A stretch of 43,466 bases of DNA from Bdellovibrionota bacterium (lineage in GTDB: Bacteria > Bdellovibrionota_C > UBA2361 > JBIKUX01): contig JBIKUX010000022.1 in assembly GCA_044347345.1 (NCBI GenBank), positions 1 through 43,466 on the forward strand, written 5' to 3'. Made by a program: the position numbers and the translations under genes. The notes under the pieces are model-generated. The model was not told where the DNA came from. It did no database searches and saw nothing but the letters and a program-made list of their open reading frames with translations. Shown piece after piece: positions 16,925 through 27,658 of the stretch. Every line of letters starts with the position of its first letter. Within the stretch, counting starts at the first letter, position 1.

Positions 16925-17833
16925 GTGGTAACAAACAGCCTAAACATGAATGCATCCCTCTTATTTGGAAACATTCCAAGCATTTTAACTCGTAGACAAG
17001 TCATCTCTATTTCTCGGGTGATTAAGGCTATAGCTATATTTATTATATTCGCTCTCCTCACCTATTTTTTTCAGCAATCTTTAATTTGTTGGATCAATAC
17101 TAATGTGGCTTCGCAAAAACTTGCACGGCAAGCTACTACTTCAAAAAACAATCGGCATCCCAGGTCTAATTTTGATAAACGCGACTATCAAGGAGTTTCT
17201 CTCGAGCCACTCTTCGGTAAGCTAACTGAGGTAACTCCCGCTCCTACCCCAGCTCCGAAGAAAGTATCTGAAACAAATCTTCGCTTAATTGGTACTTTTG
17301 TATCACCCCTCATGCCTGGAGTAGCTATCATCGAGAATACTAAAATAAGTACGCAGGATGCCTTTGAAGTAGGCAATATAGTTTTTGAAGTAGGAACACT
17401 TGAATCAGTAGAACATAATCAAATTACTATTCGAAAAGACGGTCAATTAGAAGTTCTTGAACTTGAAGATGGTAAACAAAGTAACGGTTCATCTAATGTA
17501 CAAACTTCAACAGCTGAATCTATTGAGGTAAAGGAAGCTGAACTTGATCAAGCGCTAGAAAATCTTCCTATGCTTCTAACACAAGCTCGAGCTGTTCCCT
17601 ATTTTGAACAAGGAAAAGCAGTGGGATTACGTCTTTTTGCCATTAAATCTGAGAGTCTCTTTGAGAAGGTAGGACTTAGAAATGGTGACATTTTAAAAAC
17701 TATTAACGGCGAAAATCTCGGAGATTTCTCCAAAGCCCTAACACTATTCGAAAGATTGAAGCGTGAGCGTTCAATAAAACTTGAACTAGTGCGCAACCGT
17801 CAACCAATCACTTATAATTATCAAATTCGGTAA
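16925..17833 (+). CDS. gspC: T2SS protein C with PDZ domain
   Basis: N-terminal TM, LRLIGT...AIIE, C-terminal QARAVPYFEQGKAVGLRLFAIK...GLRNGDILKTING PDZ. Confidence 0.88.
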   Translation: MVTNSLNMNASLLFGNIPSILTRRQVISISRVIKAIAIFIIFALLTYFFQQSLICWINTNVASQKLARQATTSKNNRHPRSNFDKRDYQGVSLEPLFGKLTEVTPAPTPAPKKVSETNLRLIGTFVSPLMPGVAIIENTKISTQDAFEVGNIVFEVGTLESVEHNQITIRKDGQLEVLELEDGKQSNGSSNVQTSTAESIEVKEAELDQALENLPMLLTQARAVPYFEQGKAVGLRLFAIKSESLFEKVGLRNGDILKTINGENLGDFSKALTLFERLKRERSIKLELVRNRQPITYNYQIR

Positions 17834-17836
17834 GTT

Positions 17837-20575
17837 TTGATGAAGCTCCTATCACCCAAACATCACAAAATGATCACAAGTAATCTTAATCGTAACTATC
17901 TATTTAGCGTACTGCTCACTGTAATAGGTATACCCACTGTCACCATATCAGAGGATCCTATTCCTGCTATATCAAAATCACAAACTGAAGCGAATGATTC
18001 GGCGGTACCTGCAATTAATGTAAAAGATGCTGAAATATCCTCTATCTTAAAAGTATTTAGTCGTCGTCTGCGCCGAAATTACATACTTGATGAGAGAGTC
18101 AGAGGTAAAGTAACCATGTTTTTACCTGGAGAAGTCACAGCAGAAGATTCTCAGCGCATCCTCGACACAGTCTTAGCTCTTAAAGGATTTACTACAGTTC
18201 CAGTTGGAGAAAACCTATGGAAGGTATTACCGAGCAGAGAAGCAAAACAATCTACAGTGCCGACTATACCAAACGATGAAACTACTTCACCAACTAATGG
18301 TGCAGTGGTTACAAAAATTGTAAGACTTCAACACATTAATGCCAACGAAGTACAACCTATCTTATCATCACTTATTTCAGCTGATGGATTAGTTACAGCT
18401 TATGGTGGGGCTAACTCACTTATTTTAATTGATTACGCTACAAATATTCAGCGTCTTACTGCACTTATTCGTAAATTGGACATACCGTTTTACGACCAAG
18501 ATATGACGATGATTCCAGTCAAACATGCCGATGCTGTAGATTTAGCGGAGAAGCTAAAAGTGCTTATCCTTGAAGAGGAGGCTGAGGGACAATCGGGGCA
18601 ATTTAATATGAACCGAGTGGGTCTGCGTCGTTCAAATTCTGCAACTGCTACAATGCCATCTCCAGGTATACCTCCAGGAGCAGGAGGAATAGTACAATCA
18701 AGCTCTGGTGGAATAATCGGACAAAAAAGAGCCAAGGCACCAAAAATTTTAGCAGATGAACGCACCAATTCCATAATAGTGGTAGCTGATGATGAAACTA
18801 CAGCTCGTATAAAAGCGCTTATTTCTGAACTCGATAGCCCTCTAGATAAATCAACATCACGGTTTTTTGTTTATCGCTGCCAACACGCTAATGCTGAAGA
18901 GCTTGCTGAAGTACTAGGTGGTCTCACTGGTGCTGGAATGGGAGGTTCAGGTATAAACTCTAATACTAATCTCGGAAATAATGGCCAAGGTAACTTAGGA
19001 AACAATACACTGAATGGTCGATCAGGGCGAAACTCGCGAACGAACTCGAGACTTAGCCAAACACGGCGTCAACCTGGACAACAACGACAAGACCAACAAA
19101 GTGGTGTTACAGGCTCGGTACAGTTAAGCGAAAGTCTTAGCATAACAGCCGATCCAGCCACCAACTCGTTAATAATTAATGGTAGCAAAGCAGATTACGA
19201 AAAAATTAAAGAACTACTTGCAAGTCTTGATATTAAACGCCGTCAAGTATTAGTTGAAGCAATGATACTTGAAGTTGGTATCGATGCATCCACTGCTTAC
19301 GGTACTGATTGGCTCTCATCTACTGGTGGTGCAGATGGTGGAGTCCTTGCTCAAAGTAACTTTGGTGGGGCTTCAGGTCTTACTGGTCTTCTAAGTGATC
19401 CACGAGCACTTACAGGCTTTTCTATTGCTGCCGCAAGCTCTGGATCTATAAGGCTACCGGGAAACATAGTAATACCCTCACAAGCAGTCCTTCTTAATGC
19501 AGCTAGAAGTAATCAAAACGTAAACGTATTGTCCTCACCAACTCTCTTAGCTACTGACAACCAACAAGCTGAGATTGTAGTAGGACAAAATGTACCTTTT
19601 CTTGCGAGCACTTCAACAAATGATGTGAATTTGAATAATACTTTTAATCAGATTGAGCGTCAGGATGTGGGTATCACTCTTAGAATTACTCCACAGATTA
19701 GTTCTAATGATTTTGTTACTCTTCAAATATTTACCGACGTTTCATCTGTAATAGACTCAGCAAACTCAACTCTTGGCCCAACAACAACAGTTCGTAGTAG
19801 TGATACCACCGTTATAACTAAAGATAATCAAATGGTAGTTATAGGTGGCTTAATGTCTGACGAGTCTAACGACTCAGATACTGGTGTGCCTTTTTTTAAG
19901 CAGATACCTGTATTCGGTACTCTATTCGGTCGTGATACAGATCGCATCAGACGAACCAATTTACTTACTTTCATTACTCCTCGCATAATCAAAGACCAGT
20001 TCGATGCGAGAGATGTCACTATTGATAAAAGGTCACAAACAGCAGATACAATTAATTCTCATGGACATAAACCAAATCGAAACGAAATCTTAAATAATGA
20101 GCGCATTGATAATGTAGCCGAGATTGTTGATAGCCCCGAAGGTGAGCCAGGAACAATCACTACTGCGCCCCTATCATCAGATATCATCAGTCAATCTGAG
20201 CAAAAGAAAGAAGTTGTAAAACCAGAAATACCTTTGTCATCTAGATCTACCAGTGATAGCGGTAATTTTATTGTTTTTAAGAGTAATACGTTAGAATCGG
20301 GAGCATCACTACCTTTTGTACTCTCAGACAAAATGTTATTCGGAATTGAACTTCCAGTCGGTGCAAGTATCGATATTCCAAATTTTTTTAGTAGTTCTGA
20401 TGAATATCGCTTTGGTACAAGTAATGCCGGTATTACCGCTTCGATTATCGGTAAATTTGTTTCTAAAGAGGCCGCTAATGATGCTCACGGACTTTCGTCA
20501 TCTCAGTGGCATCGTTTGTCTCCACTTGAATCAATAAATCTTGGGAAAGGGCCATGGACGAAAATTTCGAGATAG
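17837..20575 (+). CDS. gspD: T2SS secretin D
   Basis: N0-N3 domains (ILDERVRGKVT, ADERTNSIIV, ADPATNSLII), QVLVEAMILEV, VGQNVPF, DVGITLRITPQI, LLTFITPRII. Confidence 0.95.
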   Translation: MMKLLSPKHHKMITSNLNRNYLFSVLLTVIGIPTVTISEDPIPAISKSQTEANDSAVPAINVKDAEISSILKVFSRRLRRNYILDERVRGKVTMFLPGEVTAEDSQRILDTVLALKGFTTVPVGENLWKVLPSREAKQSTVPTIPNDETTSPTNGAVVTKIVRLQHINANEVQPILSSLISADGLVTAYGGANSLILIDYATNIQRLTALIRKLDIPFYDQDMTMIPVKHADAVDLAEKLKVLILEEEAEGQSGQFNMNRVGLRRSNSATATMPSPGIPPGAGGIVQSSSGGIIGQKRAKAPKILADERTNSIIVVADDETTARIKALISELDSPLDKSTSRFFVYRCQHANAEELAEVLGGLTGAGMGGSGINSNTNLGNNGQGNLGNNTLNGRSGRNSRTNSRLSQTRRQPGQQRQDQQSGVTGSVQLSESLSITADPATNSLIINGSKADYEKIKELLASLDIKRRQVLVEAMILEVGIDASTAYGTDWLSSTGGADGGVLAQSNFGGASGLTGLLSDPRALTGFSIAAASSGSIRLPGNIVIPSQAVLLNAARSNQNVNVLSSPTLLATDNQQAEIVVGQNVPFLASTSTNDVNLNNTFNQIERQDVGITLRITPQISSNDFVTLQIFTDVSSVIDSANSTLGPTTTVRSSDTTVITKDNQMVVIGGLMSDESNDSDTGVPFFKQIPVFGTLFGRDTDRIRRTNLLTFITPRIIKDQFDARDVTIDKRSQTADTINSHGHKPNRNEILNNERIDNVAEIVDSPEGEPGTITTAPLSSDIISQSEQKKEVVKPEIPLSSRSTSDSGNFIVFKSNTLESGASLPFVLSDKMLFGIELPVGASIDIPNFFSSSDEYRFGTSNAGITASIIGKFVSKEAANDAHGLSSSQWHRLSPLESINLGKGPWTKISR

Positions 20576-22197
20576 ATTCAGAAATACTCAATTCCTCAAA
20601 AGACACAACTTCTGCCCTATCACCAAAGGAATTAGCTGAGCGGCTTGGACTACCATTTCGCGACAGTTTTAGTTCCTCTCAACTTCCCAAAAACCTTATT
20701 CGTGGAGATTTAGAAAGAATTGCTGGTTCTTGGGCGAAACAGAACCAAATAGTTCCAATTGGTGAAGTAGGTGGTTGTATAATGGTAGCTAGTACTGCAC
20801 CGATAAATGTTGCCGCAATTTCTCAATTAAGGTTGTGCTACGGACGTCCCGTGCAGATAATTATAACGACTCCCGAAGAGATAAAAAATCTTATAAATGC
20901 CATGAGAACTCAACTCATGAGCGACCGTTCAGCAGCACTTTCAAATAATACAAGCTCTGATGATGAAGAGTTTATCAATCAAATTAAAATTGATGTGACA
21001 GACTCTGAAGGTGATGATGCGCCGATTATCAGATACGTTAATGCAATTATATTTAAGGCTAGTGAAGACCGTGCTTCAGACGTTCACATCGAGCCCTATG
21101 AATCTAAGGTAAAAGTTCGTTTCCGTATAGACGGCGTTCTTTATGATGTTTCAACAGAGGAAAAAAGGTTTCAAGCATCCATTATTTCCAGAGTTAAGGT
21201 TATGTCTGGATTAAATATAGCTGAGAAGCGCCTACCTCAAGATGGCAGAATTGGATTAAAGATAGCTGGCCGTGAGGTTGATATCCGCGTATCAACTATT
21301 CCCACTCAATTTGGCGAACGCATAGTTATGCGTCTTCTCGACAAAAGTGCAATGGTTGTTGATTTAGAGCACCTGGGAATAGCAGGAGAAAATCTTCGTA
21401 TTGTTGAACGCTTAATTGAAAAACCAAACGGTATAATACTTGTTACTGGCCCAACTGGTTCAGGTAAAACGACAACTCTTTACTCTTGTTTATCACGAAT
21501 AAATACCCCAGAACTAAATATTCTTACTGTTGAAGACCCTATCGAATATCAATTAGAGGGAATAGGACAAATGCAGGTAAATCCGAAAATTGGATTTACT
21601 TTTGCATCTGGTTTAAGGGCAATCCTACGACAAGATCCAGATGTGGTTATGGTTGGTGAAATAAGAGACGCCGAGACCGCCGAAATAGCGATACAAGCCT
21701 CACTTACCGGACACTTAGTATTTTCTACTTTACACACTAACGACTCTGCTGGAGCAATCACAAGGCTAATTGACATGGGAATAGAACCGTTTCTCGTTTC
21801 CTCAAGTCTTTTGGGCATAATGGCTCAGCGCTTAGTTAGACGCCTCTGCCCAAACTGTAAAGAGTCATATATGGTGCCAGAAAGTAGGTGTATTGAATTA
21901 GGTTTAGAGCCAGAGCTATTTGCTAATCGTCCTATCTTCGGTACTGGTTCTACCGACTGCACAACATGCCAGAATACCAGATACTTAGGTCGAAGTGGTA
22001 TTCATGAACTACTTTTAGTTGATGATGCTTTACGCTCACTGATATTGCAGCGAGTAGATTCGGTAACAATCCGTAATGAAGCTCAAAAACGAGGATTTCG
22101 TACTCTTCGTCAAGATGGCGCAATAAAGGTGCAAGAGGGTGTAACATCACTTGAGGAAATTCTTCTTGCAACTCATGAAGATGCAAGCGATAGATAA
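20554..22197 (+). CDS. gspE: T2SS ATPase E
   Basis: ASDVHIEP, RLPQDGRI, GPTGSGKTTTLY, LRQDPDVVMVGEIRD, TGHLVFSTLHTND, Cys zinc motif. Confidence 0.96.
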   Translation: MDENFEIDSEILNSSKDTTSALSPKELAERLGLPFRDSFSSSQLPKNLIRGDLERIAGSWAKQNQIVPIGEVGGCIMVASTAPINVAAISQLRLCYGRPVQIIITTPEEIKNLINAMRTQLMSDRSAALSNNTSSDDEEFINQIKIDVTDSEGDDAPIIRYVNAIIFKASEDRASDVHIEPYESKVKVRFRIDGVLYDVSTEEKRFQASIISRVKVMSGLNIAEKRLPQDGRIGLKIAGREVDIRVSTIPTQFGERIVMRLLDKSAMVVDLEHLGIAGENLRIVERLIEKPNGIILVTGPTGSGKTTTLYSCLSRINTPELNILTVEDPIEYQLEGIGQMQVNPKIGFTFASGLRAILRQDPDVVMVGEIRDAETAEIAIQASLTGHLVFSTLHTNDSAGAITRLIDMGIEPFLVSSSLLGIMAQRLVRRLCPNCKESYMVPESRCIELGLEPELFANRPIFGTGSTDCTTCQNTRYLGRSGIHELLLVDDALRSLILQRVDSVTIRNEAQKRGFRTLRQDGAIKVQEGVTSLEEILLATHEDASDR

Positions 22198-22255
22198 GCT
22201 AAAATTATTTATGATTAATTCTTTCTCTCTAAGATAGCCCAAATAACAACAGCCG

Positions 22256-23482
22256 ATGGGAATATTTGATTACACAGCTATTACAAAAGATGGCAAAGAG
22301 ATCCGTGGTAGTATTGAAGCAGAAAGTGCGCGCGCGGCGAGACAAAAGTTAAGAGGACAAGGTTTATTTCCGAGTGACTTAAAGGAAGGAAAAACAACTC
22401 AAGTATCCTTCAATTTCTCCTTACAAGACTTATTCCAATCTGAAAGGCTTTCCACTAAAAGCTTAGCACTATTAACGCGACAACTCGCTACATTAGTTGG
22501 TGCTGGAATCCCTCTAGTTGAATCGTTAAGTGCACTGGCTGAGCAACTTGATTATCTGAGCACAAAAAAAATGGTAATAAGTGTCAGAGAAAATGTTGAG
22601 GGCGGTTCGTCGCTTGCAAGAGCTCTAGAGCGTTATCCAAAAGCATTTCCGGCCTTGTATGTTAATATGGTCGCCTCAGGCGAAACCTCAGGAAGCCTTG
22701 ACGTAGTGCTCTCAAATCTTGCTGATTATCTTGAATCACAACTTGCCCTTCAACGTAAAGTAACCTCTGCTCTATTTTATCCGGTGTTAATGCTCGGTTT
22801 TTGTGGATTAGTGGTGCTTTTTCTATTTACTAATGTAGTTCCTTCAATTGTTGATGTCTTTCTCCGACAGGGTCGCCCTCTTCCCATTCCGACTCGAGTG
22901 ACGATGGCAATATCTAAAGGTATTACCAAAGGATGGCCTGTTATAATTTTAGTTATCATCGTTACCTTTGCTGGTTTTAGATGGTTTAAAGCGCAAGAAA
23001 ACGGTAGAGCACTAATAGACAAAATTATGCTCAAGCTGCCTATTATCGGAGGAATTTATCAAAAGATAGCCTCAGCTCGTATTGCACGAACACTAAGTAC
23101 ACTTCTTAATAGTGGAGTGGGATTACTAGAATCTCTTGAAATCGCAAAAAATATAGCTTCAAATGTACATATTAAAAAGGCGATTGACGAAGCTCGAGAC
23201 GGAGTAAAAGAGGGTAAAAGCCTTGCTCGAGAACTTGCTCGAAGCGGACTTTTTCCCCTTATGCTCTCCCAAATGATAGCAGTGGGAGAGCGAAGCGGAA
23301 GTCTAGAGATAATGCTTAACAGAGCAAGTAGTGCTTATGAAAACGAGGTTAATTCCACTTTAGAGGGTCTTACCTCAATAATTGAGCCGGTAATGATTAT
23401 TGGTTTAGGCGGTGTTGTCATCGGCATAGTTGCATCAATTTTAATGCCCATGCTTGACTTAATGAATATGGTAGGTAAGTAG
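22256..23482 (+). CDS. gspF: T2SS inner membrane platform protein F
   Basis: TRQLATLVGAGIPL, SGETSGSLD, ALFYP, VGERSGSLE, IIEPVMI. Confidence 0.95.
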   Translation: MGIFDYTAITKDGKEIRGSIEAESARAARQKLRGQGLFPSDLKEGKTTQVSFNFSLQDLFQSERLSTKSLALLTRQLATLVGAGIPLVESLSALAEQLDYLSTKKMVISVRENVEGGSSLARALERYPKAFPALYVNMVASGETSGSLDVVLSNLADYLESQLALQRKVTSALFYPVLMLGFCGLVVLFLFTNVVPSIVDVFLRQGRPLPIPTRVTMAISKGITKGWPVIILVIIVTFAGFRWFKAQENGRALIDKIMLKLPIIGGIYQKIASARIARTLSTLLNSGVGLLESLEIAKNIASNVHIKKAIDEARDGVKEGKSLARELARSGLFPLMLSQMIAVGERSGSLEIMLNRASSAYENEVNSTLEGLTSIIEPVMIIGLGGVVIGIVASILMPMLDLMNMVGK

Positions 23483-23661
23483 CTCTTACCTTGCGCTTTA
23501 GGTTAAGACGGTCTTAGGATAAAGATAGTCCTCCGACAATAAAATTTGAGGAATATTAGCATTAGCGAAAGTCTGGTTAATTATAAACAGGGTGTTTAGA
23601 TCTTTTACTTAAAAAACTGTGACTGAAAAAATAATTAAAAATTAAAAATACTCAGGAATCA

Positions 23662-24114
23662 ATGAAGCAAATTAAACACCATTTTTTTAATACAACAAGT
23701 AATCAATCAAATCGATCAGACAAAGGTCTTACTCTAATAGAAATAATAGTCGTACTTGTTATTTTATCTATGCTTTTTGTTTTTCTCACAGGAAGCCTGT
23801 TTAGCTCCGGAGAAGGTGCAAAAATCCGGCTCAATCAGATGAAGATGGAAACACTCAAGCAAAGAATAAACACTTACAGATTTCAATATAACACCCTTCC
23901 GCCGAGTCTTGCTTCTCTCACGGCTTGCGACCAAAATACCGGGCCACAATGCTCACCATTGGCTAGTGAAGAAGATACTAAAGACGCCTGGGGAACTCCT
24001 TTTCGCTATCAAATCACTGGTGGTGGACGCACTTACACAGTCACTAGCTTAGGCTCAGATGGTCAACAAGGAGGAAGCGAAGCAAATGCTGATGCCACGG
24101 TGCAAGGGCCATAA
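23662..24114 (+). CDS. gspG: T2SS major pseudopilin G
   Basis: Prepilin site G/LTLIE; DAWGTPFRY...SLGSDGQQGG GspG C-terminal motif. Confidence 0.9.
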   Translation: MKQIKHHFFNTTSNQSNRSDKGLTLIEIIVVLVILSMLFVFLTGSLFSSGEGAKIRLNQMKMETLKQRINTYRFQYNTLPPSLASLTACDQNTGPQCSPLASEEDTKDAWGTPFRYQITGGGRTYTVTSLGSDGQQGGSEANADATVQGP

Positions 24115-24781
24115 TATTAAATATTTGTATGAGTATTTAACGCTACAACAAAGACAAACTATCAAAGGCATCACTTTAATTGAGCTGATAGTTGTATTGT
24201 CAGTGGTAGGTATTCTTCTTCTTATTTCCGGAATTGGATTGGGTAGTGTATCTTTTGCAAGAGAAGATGCCTTCGTAAGACGATTAAGCGCTACTCTCGA
24301 ATTTCTTCATCATCAAGCAGTAGTAGACAGAGTTTATTATGGAGTAAGATTTAATCTAGACACAGAGACTTATGATGTCGGGCTACTCAGCTCCGATGCT
24401 AACGTGAACCGTAATCTAGCTGTTAGTAGTGGTGCCTCAGTTGGAAATCTAACAATTGAACTTTCTGATTTTCTGACACCATTCACAGATGATGGTGAGA
24501 ATTTTATTCCCCCACCCGCATATCCTTCTCTTGCAGAGCCTCAAACATTGCCACAGGGAGCTACTTTTTCAAAAATTAAAACTTCACAACTTGAGCTTGA
24601 CAATGGTTTAGGTGGGTCTCTTGTTATTCCTTTTTCACCTCTGGGATTTTCAGAATTTGCCGTGATCCATCTTCGCTTTGAGAGTGGTCGAGAGGTAACC
24701 ATTCTTCTTGACCCGTTTACCGGCAACGTTACTACCTATAACGATAATAGAGATTTTCAATGGATCTATGGACAACAATAA
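24059..24781 (+). CDS. gspH: T2SS minor pseudopilin H-like
   Basis: Prepilin site G/ITLIE, position after gspG, C-terminal PFTG; true start likely near TTG 24125. Confidence 0.75.
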   Translation: MVNKEEAKQMLMPRCKGHNIKYLYEYLTLQQRQTIKGITLIELIVVLSVVGILLLISGIGLGSVSFAREDAFVRRLSATLEFLHHQAVVDRVYYGVRFNLDTETYDVGLLSSDANVNRNLAVSSGASVGNLTIELSDFLTPFTDDGENFIPPPAYPSLAEPQTLPQGATFSKIKTSQLELDNGLGGSLVIPFSPLGFSEFAVIHLRFESGREVTILLDPFTGNVTTYNDNRDFQWIYGQQ

Positions 24782-25226
24782 TGAAAGAGAAAATGATCGC
24801 CTCTCCTATAGTGGATTCACTCTTCTCGAAATTTTAATCTCTTTAACTATTATGGGTCTAGCAACGGTAACAATCTTAGGACTTGAGTCCACCATTCTCA
24901 GCTCCACAGTAAGAAGTGGACAACGTATGACCGCACTTTCACTGGCTCGCTTGGTACTGTCTCAGCTAGAGTACGATCCTCCACAGGAAACGATAAAAGC
25001 AGAGGGAGACATTAAACAAGTACTTAATCAATTAGGTAGTCGCCCTTTACCGATAAATCTTAATTTTCCTGAATTTCAAGTATCAGTTGCAGTTAGTCAA
25101 ATTACACAACCAGTTATTCCGCCTTCTACTTTAATGCTAGCTTCAGTAACTGTTTCTTGGAGTGAATTTCCCACAGATTCAGTAAACATTCCATTTTACT
25201 ATATCCATCCTGATAAAATTCAGTAA
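24708..25226 (+). CDS. gspI: T2SS minor pseudopilin I-like
   Basis: G/FTLLE, short pilin, VTVSW; true start likely ATG 24768. Confidence 0.75.
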   Translation: MTRLPATLLPITIIEIFNGSMDNNNERENDRLSYSGFTLLEILISLTIMGLATVTILGLESTILSSTVRSGQRMTALSLARLVLSQLEYDPPQETIKAEGDIKQVLNQLGSRPLPINLNFPEFQVSVAVSQITQPVIPPSTLMLASVTVSWSEFPTDSVNIPFYYIHPDKIQ

Positions 25227-25229
25227 TTT

Positions 25230-25940
25230 ATGGGCCGAAATAACGTCTCAAATAATAGGCAATTAGGCTTCACACTAATTGAGATCCTTATTGCACTATC
25301 AATATTTGCCGTCTTACTCACATTTTTATTACAGTTTATTACCCGAACTACTACAACTCAGCATTTAGTAACCGAGCGACAGAATCAGCTAATTATTGGG
25401 CAATCCCTTCTTAACCGGTTGCACAAGGAGCTTCAATTGGTTGACGATAACAATTCACGTTCACTAATGCCGATACCCCTATCAGGTATACAGAATAAGG
25501 GGCGAAGTGTTTATTTTCGTGGTATAGCAACAAATTTAGATAATGGGAAACGGGGTGATACTGTATCTTTTTTAGCGGTAGATGCCGGACAATCTTTTCC
25601 TGGTCGCCGCCCTTCACAAAGTATCGTGCAAATTACTTATCGAGTAGCTCCAGATCCTGAGCATATCAACTCTTTTGTGCTTGTTCGAGATGAGACCCCT
25701 TTTAATTCTGACATTAATACAGCGATACAAGATAGAATGACATTTCCAATAGCGCATAATTTGCTCTCATTCCAAATGAGTTATCTTCATGATGATTCAA
25801 ATTCATGGCGTCAAGATTGGGGCAATAAGCTTGATGAACGATTGCCACACGTAGTTTCGGTTGTTTTTACCGTAGCTGGCATAGACGGAGGCCCCGAGCA
25901 GACTTTTTTTTCTACTATTACAATACCAGTACTGAGATAA
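25230..25940 (+). CDS. gspJ: T2SS minor pseudopilin J-like
   Basis: G/FTLIE, ITYRV, LVRDE, WRQDW...LPHVV GspJ-type C-terminus. Confidence 0.8.
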   Translation: MGRNNVSNNRQLGFTLIEILIALSIFAVLLTFLLQFITRTTTTQHLVTERQNQLIIGQSLLNRLHKELQLVDDNNSRSLMPIPLSGIQNKGRSVYFRGIATNLDNGKRGDTVSFLAVDAGQSFPGRRPSQSIVQITYRVAPDPEHINSFVLVRDETPFNSDINTAIQDRMTFPIAHNLLSFQMSYLHDDSNSWRQDWGNKLDERLPHVVSVVFTVAGIDGGPEQTFFSTITIPVLR

Positions 25941-26093
25941 ACAAAGGTAAACATCTCTTGCACCGCCAACCACTTCTTATCTTTTCATCATGGTTTCATT
26001 TGCTCATAGTAGAGTATAGTTTACAGACTTTATTAAAAACATCTAATCAAAAATTAGATTTGTTTGTGCCCAATAAATTTATCTTAGCTCTTT

Positions 26094-26127
26094 TTGGTAG
26101 TGAGTACTGATTGGTAGTGAGTACTGA
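26094..26127. repeat. Perfect 17-bp tandem duplication TTGGTAGTGAGTACTGA at gspL start
   Basis: Copies at 26094-26110 and 26111-26127. Confidence 0.9.
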
Positions 26128-27658
26128 ACCTAATTACATAATCGTTGTTGATTTATCCGAGCATCCAGCCCGAATAGCTCTTGTGCATTTTCAGAACGGG
26201 AAAGCATATATCTTAAATAAAATAACGGTATCTTTTGATACTTTAATTTCCTCTGAATCAGGAGAAGATGAATCAAAAGAAAAAATAAGTTATGATTATT
26301 TAACTGAAGATGAAAATTATTCCGAAGAAATATCTTCAGTAAATATTGAGACAAAATTAGGGGATAATACTCAAATATCTCCTGGTAATATCATTGCTAA
26401 TCACCTAATGGAACTAAACATCAAAGTTCCACTAGATGAATTGCCTTGTGTCACTATTTTACCCACTCGGTCGTTTTTCTCTCTAGAAATTAGTTTGCCC
26501 TTCACAGATCGTAAAAAGATTGAAAAAATATTGACCCTCCAAGCTCAAGACTTATGCCCGTTTGATATTGAGTCATTCATTCTAGTCAGTCGTTACTTAT
26601 CGGAGAAACGCGAAAAAGAGAGTAACTTCTCTTCCTCTGAAGAGTTTAAGGGCACTAAGCTGAATGTTTCAGGTATGGAGCGTCATGAAATAAAAAATGC
26701 GCTACAAATTTGTTTAGATGCTGGACTTCAACCACGATATCTTGTTAGTCCAGCGAATGTTCTTACTGGATTTAGCGGAATAGTCTCCGGAGAGCCATCG
26801 CTTTACAGCTATATAGTTTTATTTTCAGGACAGTCCTTTACGGCAATCGCCGTCTTCAAAAATAATCATCTCATAAGGGAACATGTATTCCCGGCACGAG
26901 TAGACTCACCTGAAGCCAAACAGCTCATTCGTTGCTCAGTAGCTGAGGCTAAAGAAGACAGTAAAATTGAATTGTACGTAATTGGAGATCTTAGACTGCC
27001 CTTTAACATAGATGATGCTGAAATAATCCATGTTGAGTGTGACGGTGCATGGAGTTTAAGCCAATGTGCTGCCACGGCTCTCGTAGATCCGCTTCTTGCC
27101 CGTGATCTTTCTAATTTCCGTTCAGGAGAGTTTCGCCTAAATTTGCTAGCAACAAATATGCGCTCTCTCATTCCTGCACTAGCTCCGACTGTCTTTGCCT
27201 GTGCATTTTTAGTTACAATAATCCTAAGTGCTATCTACGGAGTACGTGCTATTCGAATCAATAAACTACAAAATGACATTACAGCTATTACTCAACAAAA
27301 TGTTCCAATATTTAAGTCAGCTCCTGGCGAGGAGCGCGCTAATTTATTAAATCAACTAGAACTCACTAAACAACAGCTTAGTGAGCTTGGAAATCCATCA
27401 CAACGAACTGCATTAGCAACACTAGGTGATATAGCAAAATTCTTTCCTCACGATTCTCAGGTATCCATCCGTAAGTTAGTTATTAACGGCGATAGAGTCA
27501 CAATAGAAGGTACCGTACCAAAGTATGAAAATCTCGATAGACTGAAAGAACGACTACGAAGAAAGAGAAAAATTTTTTGTAGTATTGATAGCAGAACTAC
27601 GGGTGGACAGCGTGACGGAAAATCATTCTCTTTTGATATAAGGATGTGCGTATCATGA
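26111..27658 (+). CDS. gspL: T2SS protein L (PilM/PilN-like)
   Basis: SLPFTDRKKIEKIL...PFDIE actin-like part, NFRSGEF, single TM, C-terminal VTIEGT PilN-like domain. Confidence 0.8.
   Translation: MVVSTEPNYIIVVDLSEHPARIALVHFQNGKAYILNKITVSFDTLISSESGEDESKEKISYDYLTEDENYSEEISSVNIETKLGDNTQISPGNIIANHLMELNIKVPLDELPCVTILPTRSFFSLEISLPFTDRKKIEKILTLQAQDLCPFDIESFILVSRYLSEKREKESNFSSSEEFKGTKLNVSGMERHEIKNALQICLDAGLQPRYLVSPANVLTGFSGIVSGEPSLYSYIVLFSGQSFTAIAVFKNNHLIREHVFPARVDSPEAKQLIRCSVAEAKEDSKIELYVIGDLRLPFNIDDAEIIHVECDGAWSLSQCAATALVDPLLARDLSNFRSGEFRLNLLATNMRSLIPALAPTVFACAFLVTIILSAIYGVRAIRINKLQNDITAITQQNVPIFKSAPGEERANLLNQLELTKQQLSELGNPSQRTALATLGDIAKFFPHDSQVSIRKLVINGDRVTIEGTVPKYENLDRLKERLRRKRKIFCSIDSRTTGGQRDGKSFSFDIRMCVS

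Noticed and set aside
23513-23540. Possible third sigma28-like promoter (…TCCGACAA) upstream of gspG
   Set aside because: The -35 element does not fit at the required spacing
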